This document shows, in pieces, positions 54,318 to 58,969 of a stretch of DNA of 58,969 bases. The stretch comes from a virus (lineage: Duplodnaviria; Caudoviricetes). Made by a program: the position numbers and the translations under genes. How positions within the stretch are numbered: the first letter of the stretch is position 1; every line of letters begins with the position of its first letter. Under the pieces are notes generated by a model. The model did no database searches. It was not told the DNA's origin and saw only the letters and a list, made by a program, of their open reading frames with translations. Location: the IMG/VR virus record IMGVR_UViG_3300032053_000085, positions 1 to 58,969 of that record; one strand, written 5' to 3'.

Positions 54318-54718
54318 CTAGTGGGCTGGTTGTCTCTGTCCCACTCTAGGGTGCGGTATCCTTCTTCGCCAGTGGTTACACTACTGAACGCTTGGGGCAC
54401 GGTTGTTCTATCCCAGCCTCCCCGTACCCACTCGCCGCCCATGAAAAGCATTACATGCCTTGCTGGATTCAGGCCGTAGTGCCCTGAGTTAGCAAGACTG
54501 GTATGTCGGATGGTTTCTATCGGATAACCATCCTCTGGAACTACTTCTACTGGGCGGTCGATCGTGATCGACCCCCAGATCGGGAACGCCTGCGACCACC
54601 ACTGCGACGATGGCATTCTGCCGTACTCCACGGCGTGCCGTCGTATTATTTCTGGGGTCATTAACTGGCCCGAGAACGCAGTTTCGGGCTCACGTATAGT
54701 AACAGGTATATTTGGCAT
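54299..54718 (-). CDS. Hypothetical protein
   Basis: 139-aa ORF. Confidence 0.65.
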   Translation of the reverse strand: MPNIPVTIREPETAFSGQLMTPEIIRRHAVEYGRMPSSQWWSQAFPIWGSITIDRPVEVVPEDGYPIETIRHTSLANSGHYGLNPARHVMLFMGGEWVRGGWDRTTVPQAFSSVTTGEEGYRTLEWDRDNQPTRWKPLP

Positions 54719-54884
54719 TATTTAGAGTCTTTCGGTTGGAGGATTTCTGTTGAGCAGATGGTACGATTGTTACGTCCATCGACAGTGTGTCGTAGTTAAT
54801 CATAGCCAGAATCAAGTTTCCGGCAAGTACGCCCCATGTGAATGATTTCATTTGGGAGTCCCGGAAGTACAGGGGGAGGGTCAA
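54690..54884 (-). CDS. Small hypothetical protein
   Basis: 64-aa ORF with ATGA/TTGA-type coupling. Confidence 0.45.
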   Translation of the reverse strand: MTLPLYFRDSQMKSFTWGVLAGNLILAMINYDTLSMDVTIVPSAQQKSSNRKTLNNAKYTCYYT

Positions 54885-55327
54885 GTTTTTCGTTTTTTAG
54901 CGTTCGCCCGCTTGCGTGCGTCCGCCTGATAGGAACTGAGACCTTGGAGCACACCGGCAGGATTTGCCAGCCTAATTGATGACTGAAGCAGGTCGTTTGT
55001 TCCTATCAGGCGTAACAGGGGCACGCCTGTGGGTGCTAGTAGTAGGTACTCCGTAAGGTGCCTGAACTTCCTAACGAGCACCAAATCAAGACCGGTCTGC
55101 GTAGCGACCTCGTCTACCCAAACCGGTCGCTGCTCGCTTGGTGGGATTTTCGGAGCACCAATCTTTTTCGGGCGGCCTCTGTGCTTACGAAGGACTTGTG
55201 CGATGAGAGGCTGCGGGAAACCTGTGAGTTCTTTGATCTTATCCCATGTACGTTCCGCAGGCGGAAGGGACATGGCGGCTGATTTTATCTCCGCGATAGC
55301 GCGGCGGGACGGCTTGATTTCTGTCAT
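54881..55327 (-). CDS. Putative DNA-binding protein (HTH-like plus AT-hook-like RGRP)
   Basis: WDKIKELTGFPQPLIAQVL..HRGRPKK. Confidence 0.55.
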   Translation of the reverse strand: MTEIKPSRRAIAEIKSAAMSLPPAERTWDKIKELTGFPQPLIAQVLRKHRGRPKKIGAPKIPPSEQRPVWVDEVATQTGLDLVLVRKFRHLTEYLLLAPTGVPLLRLIGTNDLLQSSIRLANPAGVLQGLSSYQADARKRANAKKRKT

Positions 55328-56127
55328 TATTGATTCTCGCAAGGTGCACTCGCGTGCCAATCGGCTGGGAATATAGGCGGTCCCGGCTTATTGTCCGTAA
55401 GCCAGTTCGTTGGATAGACCACGCCCTGGGTGGTATTGGATAGGTAGGCACCGAGCCACCCAAACGTGGAATTTCCAATGATATGGTAGTCGAACTTAAT
55501 CATATAGCTCAGATCGATCCACGGGTCTCGATCTTCGACGGCAATCAATTGTATGCTACGGCTAATCTCGTTCCACATTCGCGGGACGAGGGTATATTGG
55601 CACCATTCGTAGTCGTCGGAATAGATCACAAAGCGATCTATTCCCTTGGATTGGTGGAGATTCTTAGCATGCTTGATGAAATATTCAGCAGGCATGACTC
55701 CGTGCCAAGCGGTCGAACATGGATTGGTCACGTAATCGCCACGTCTTACGTGGATACAGGCACGTTTCGATAAGCCTCGCGGACGCCACTGGATACGTCG
55801 ACGGAACCAGTCCCTGACGTCTGACGTCCAGTAGTCCAGGGATTGGAAGTAACCTTCGAGACGATAGTTCTTGGCAGGATCGTAGTTTGCCGGAACTGAT
55901 TCCTGGTAACGCTCGTCACAAGGCACTTGGCGTGCGCCAGGACGCACGCCAAGTGCTCCGAGCCGGAAAGGGCGGGGTGTTATACCTGGAGTGTTCTGGT
56001 ACGCTTCCAGGAGGCTACAATCGGCTTCTATCAGGTGTTCGTTGCCCGGGCCGACAACCGATAGGGCGGCGGCATACTGAAAAACTTGATTACCCAACCC
56101 CCCCATTAGGGTTATATGCACTGTCAT
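55327..56127 (-). CDS. GT11 alpha-1,2-fucosyltransferase-like glycosyltransferase
   Basis: GGLGNQ.FQYA, GYFQS, HVRRGDY, SDD, NSTF.W.GAYL. Confidence 0.93.
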   Translation of the reverse strand: MTVHITLMGGLGNQVFQYAAALSVVGPGNEHLIEADCSLLEAYQNTPGITPRPFRLGALGVRPGARQVPCDERYQESVPANYDPAKNYRLEGYFQSLDYWTSDVRDWFRRRIQWRPRGLSKRACIHVRRGDYVTNPCSTAWHGVMPAEYFIKHAKNLHQSKGIDRFVIYSDDYEWCQYTLVPRMWNEISRSIQLIAVEDRDPWIDLSYMIKFDYHIIGNSTFGWLGAYLSNTTQGVVYPTNWLTDNKPGPPIFPADWHASAPCENQ

Positions 56128-56149
56128 TGAATTATGCACTCCTGTACTA

Positions 56150-56630
56150 GGTCTAGAATTCGGGTCAAAAGATTAGTAACTGACTCACTACGTTCGTTAG
56201 TACTAGATACTGTAGCAGAGGGGAGCAGTGGTGTAAACACCACTGCTACTAGGTTTTGCTGACTTTTCCAAAAGTCATGTCAAACCGCTCAGAGCGGTTT
56301 CACGAAGGAAGCCCATACCCACGTGACTAAAAAGCACGTCGGTTGGACTCCCTGAGAACTTGCATACGGTCAAGACGACGTCGCTAGCCCCACGATCCGC
56401 TCCGCATTTTCGCGGTCGGACCAGCGAGATTTATATGGCGAAAATGCCAGTAGCCAGGGCTCTCGCTCACCTTTAGGAAGGCTTGAGTCGCACCCTTGTC
56501 GCTGAGGCTACTCCTGGTAGCGACCGGTTCTAGACTTGCGCCACGTAGATTACCCCGCCGCAAGTAAGACCAGTATAGCCACATTCAGCGTTTCGGGGCA
56601 GGAATTTAGGTGATTCCTGCCCCGAAACGG
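56150..56630. ncRNA. Candidate large structured RNA or structured DNA element
   Basis: About 480 nt with at least ten stems, two mutually complementary loops and a terminal 17-bp inverted repeat; no credible ORF. Confidence 0.5.
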
Positions 56631-56639
56631 GGATTTTTC

Positions 56640-56668
56640 TTGAGGTCTGTATTAGTTTGTGTTATACT
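56640..56668 (+). promoter_or_regulatory. Promoter TTGAGG-N17-TATACT with TGn, for the tail-fibre gene
   Basis: Extended -10 TGtTATACT; upstream 15-mer shared with 1893-1907. Confidence 0.65.
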
Positions 56669-56711
56669 GGTGCCCTAGCCACGCCACTACCGTACTTATT
56701 TTGGATTGCCC

Positions 56712-58969
56712 ATGGACTCGCCTGATATCGTAGAAGTAATTCTGGAAGGAACTTCGACCGTCGTAGAGGTCGAAGTTCCTGGTATTCCGGGTCCAGCCGG
56801 TATTATTGGCAATATTGCCAATAATACCATTGTGGGCAATATTGCCGGAAGTACGACCGTTCCTGTCGGGCTTACGGCAACGGAAGTGAAAGCGCTTCTA
56901 GCCACAACCCCCTCCGATTTAGTGGGTCTAGGTGCCGGTGTATCTGCTGCCCTAGCAGTAGCTATCGGTGTTACTGGTGGTTTAGTAGTAAAAGATGGGG
57001 ATGTAGGCTCTAGCACTGGTAGTGCTCTATCCCTATCAGGATTTCTATCAGCTTCAGGTGTGAGAACGAGTTCAGGCAATGGGTTACTGCTAGCTACCAG
57101 TGGCAGCTACAATGCGGGTACTCGACTCCAAAACTTGGGAGTGGATGGCAAGGCCAGATTAGCCAATTACGCAGGTACCGGCGGGGTGTATTTAGATACG
57201 ACAGTTGCCGACACGTTGTCGATTCGCAACTTGGCTGATAGTGCTGGTGGCTCTCTGGCTTGTTTAAGGGCAACAATCGGAGGGACAATACCGGCAGGTC
57301 CACCGTTAAGCCCTTTGAACATCGTATCTGATGGCGGCGGCAGGTTGGTATCGTTTGTTTACACCGGAACCGAGTACATTGATACTTTGGCTGGTGGAGT
57401 GCTCAAAGGTTTCAAGGCAACCGGAACGGTTCCGTTTGTTATTGATTCAGGGTCAGCGACACTAAATCTGCAAACGGGCGGAGCGAATCGTCTTAGCATC
57501 GATGGCACTGGTAACGTGACAGCAAGCGGAACGGTTAAAGCAGGAAACGGCACAGGTGGAGTTGGCTCAGGTGATCGTTACACGATCTACCACACTGACA
57601 CGACTTTCAATCGATCAGTTGGGTTGTATCACGCTGAAGACGGTACAGAAGGTGGACTAAAGGCAACAAGCCGAATCGTGATGAAGCCGGGAGGGAATTT
57701 TGTAATTTCCCCTACTGGTCAATCAACGGTAACTGCGTCAATGGCAGTAGCCTCTAGCGAGTTCCAATGGACTACGTTCAACGGCACATTAGTATTCTTG
57801 CCAACGGCTACAAGCGTCGTCCCTGCGAAATTCAGGGGCCTTGCGAGTCAAACGGCTAACTTGCTTGAGTGCCAAACAAGCACACCGACAACGGTATTCT
57901 CGGTTAGTCCAACTGGAGACATCACGGCAAGCGGAGTAGTTGATGCGAGGACTGCAACTAGCGGACATAGGCTAGGTCATTTTGGTGTCGTAGACGCGGT
58001 TACGTTTGGGGTGCCTGGAACTAGCTATGGGAGCTTTCAAGCTGGCAGTAACGGAGGGTTCACATGGCTTAGTGGGGCATTAGGTCTTTGGTATCAGTCC
58101 GCTAGCGTGATGCAGATTAGCAATAGCTCGACTGTATCCAATGCCCTTGGCTCTCTGGCTTGTGCTAATGTAACGGCAAGCGGAACGCTAAACGTCACTG
58201 GTGCAGCATCATTCGGAACAAACCTAAGTGCTACATCGGTAACAATTAGCGGCTTGCTCGATCTTCGCCCAGCGGCAACAGCCAACATAATCCAGTTCGC
58301 AACAAATGGTTTTCTTCGCTCGGATACTTCACAGCTCACGCTTTACAACGCTGGAACAGCGACAAACGGCATTAGTTTCAATCGCAACGGAACAACCCTA
58401 AACCTATCATCTACATACATGCTTGGTTGGGGATCGGCGACGCAGGCCGATGGTGGTGTCATTGATACTACACTGTCTCGATTGGCAGCCGGAGTAATAG
58501 GGGCGGGAGGTAGTATCCAGTCAACTGCAGGAACTTGGTTGATTGAAAACTCTAACGGTTCATTCAGGTTTTGGACCGATGTTTGGGCATCAAGGCAAAG
58601 CAATGGGGTTTTGCAGATCGGGACGACGAATAACAATGCACTTGGCTCTCTGGCTTGTGCAAACGTAACGGCCAGCGGAACGGTGACAGCCTCTAGCACT
58701 GGCACCCACACGTTTGGCACGACTAATACGGTGACGATGGCTGCGGGTTCGTTAACAGCAAGCGGCAATGTTAGAGCCTCTGGAAGTAGTAGTTTTGGCT
58801 CAGCGTCCAATGGCGGAAGTGCTTTAGAGGCTTATGGCACTACAGGTATTCTCACTCCCTTTCGTGTTTACGTTAATGGCTCGCAGAGTTTCCGAGTGAC
58901 GGATGCTGGGGTAGTCGAAGCTTTATCTACGGGAACTCACACATTCGGCACGACTAATACGGTGACGAT
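56712..58969 (+). CDS. Tail fibre / receptor-binding protein, 3'-truncated by the window end (not in the ORF track)
   Basis: I translated it open from ATG 56712 (MDSPDIVEVILEG..VEVEVPGIPGPAG) to the end, 752 codons; G/T/S/A-rich with repeated GSLAC and NVTASGT motifs. Confidence 0.88.
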   Translation, partial: MDSPDIVEVILEGTSTVVEVEVPGIPGPAGIIGNIANNTIVGNIAGSTTVPVGLTATEVKALLATTPSDLVGLGAGVSAALAVAIGVTGGLVVKDGDVGSSTGSALSLSGFLSASGVRTSSGNGLLLATSGSYNAGTRLQNLGVDGKARLANYAGTGGVYLDTTVADTLSIRNLADSAGGSLACLRATIGGTIPAGPPLSPLNIVSDGGGRLVSFVYTGTEYIDTLAGGVLKGFKATGTVPFVIDSGSATLNLQTGGANRLSIDGTGNVTASGTVKAGNGTGGVGSGDRYTIYHTDTTFNRSVGLYHAEDGTEGGLKATSRIVMKPGGNFVISPTGQSTVTASMAVASSEFQWTTFNGTLVFLPTATSVVPAKFRGLASQTANLLECQTSTPTTVFSVSPTGDITASGVVDARTATSGHRLGHFGVVDAVTFGVPGTSYGSFQAGSNGGFTWLSGALGLWYQSASVMQISNSSTVSNALGSLACANVTASGTLNVTGAASFGTNLSATSVTISGLLDLRPAATANIIQFATNGFLRSDTSQLTLYNAGTATNGISFNRNGTTLNLSSTYMLGWGSATQADGGVIDTTLSRLAAGVIGAGGSIQSTAGTWLIENSNGSFRFWTDVWASRQSNGVLQIGTTNNNALGSLACANVTASGTVTASSTGTHTFGTTNTVTMAAGSLTASGNVRASGSSSFGSASNGGSALEAYGTTGILTPFRVYVNGSQSFRVTDAGVVEALSTGTHTFGTTNTVT

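Noticed and set aside
56696-58810. Minus-strand ORFs 56696..57079, 57094..57303, 57359..57553, 58094..58339 and 58343..58810
   Set aside because: Antisense shadows of the + strand tail-fibre ORF, which the track missed because it has no stop in the window
56712-58969. Diversity-generating retroelement or invertase shufflon acting on the fibre
   Set aside because: No reverse transcriptase or site-specific recombinase in the window; the repeats are short, direct and lack A-specific mismatches
1-58969. Stop-codon reassignment or prophage state
   Set aside because: Core genes are full length in the standard code and end with TAA, TAG or TGA; no integrase, repressor or host flank seen

Overview
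Large part of a tailed dsDNA phage genome, siphovirus-like: tail tube and tape measure are present, and I saw no sheath, integrase, CRISPR array or tRNA. The window ends inside an unfinished tail-fibre gene. Layout: (1) a palindrome-rich non-coding start; (2) an FkbM methyltransferase and an HU-like gene; (3) a + strand morphogenesis block: TerL, portal, DUF2213-type protease/scaffold, encapsulin-like major capsid protein, a papain-peptidase/thioredoxin/membrane-protein cassette, head-tail and tail genes with a -1 frameshift chaperone, tape measure, a 1007-aa Cys/Thr-rich mucin-like protein and a glycosyltransferase; (4) a long - strand replication/recombination block: split SbcC plus SbcD, family-A polymerase in three genes, beta-clamp, DnaX, RecA-like, gp32-like SSB, DnaB, primase, SNF2 helicase and sigma factor; (5) a PhoH cluster, small hypothetical genes, a GT11 fucosyltransferase and a tail fibre. 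Several proteins resemble families I recall from Planctomycetota, so the host is inferred, not proven. The most notable features are a possible virion glycosylation system (mucin-like protein plus GT2, GT2-methyltransferase, GT11 and FkbM), a promoter-hairpin-HNH cassette family in four states of decay, two ~300-480 nt hairpin-dense intergenic regions that share a 23-bp motif (candidate ncRNAs), promoters embedded in inverted repeats, and an envelope cassette with no recognisable endolysin. All family assignments come from reading motifs by eye; no searches were run.
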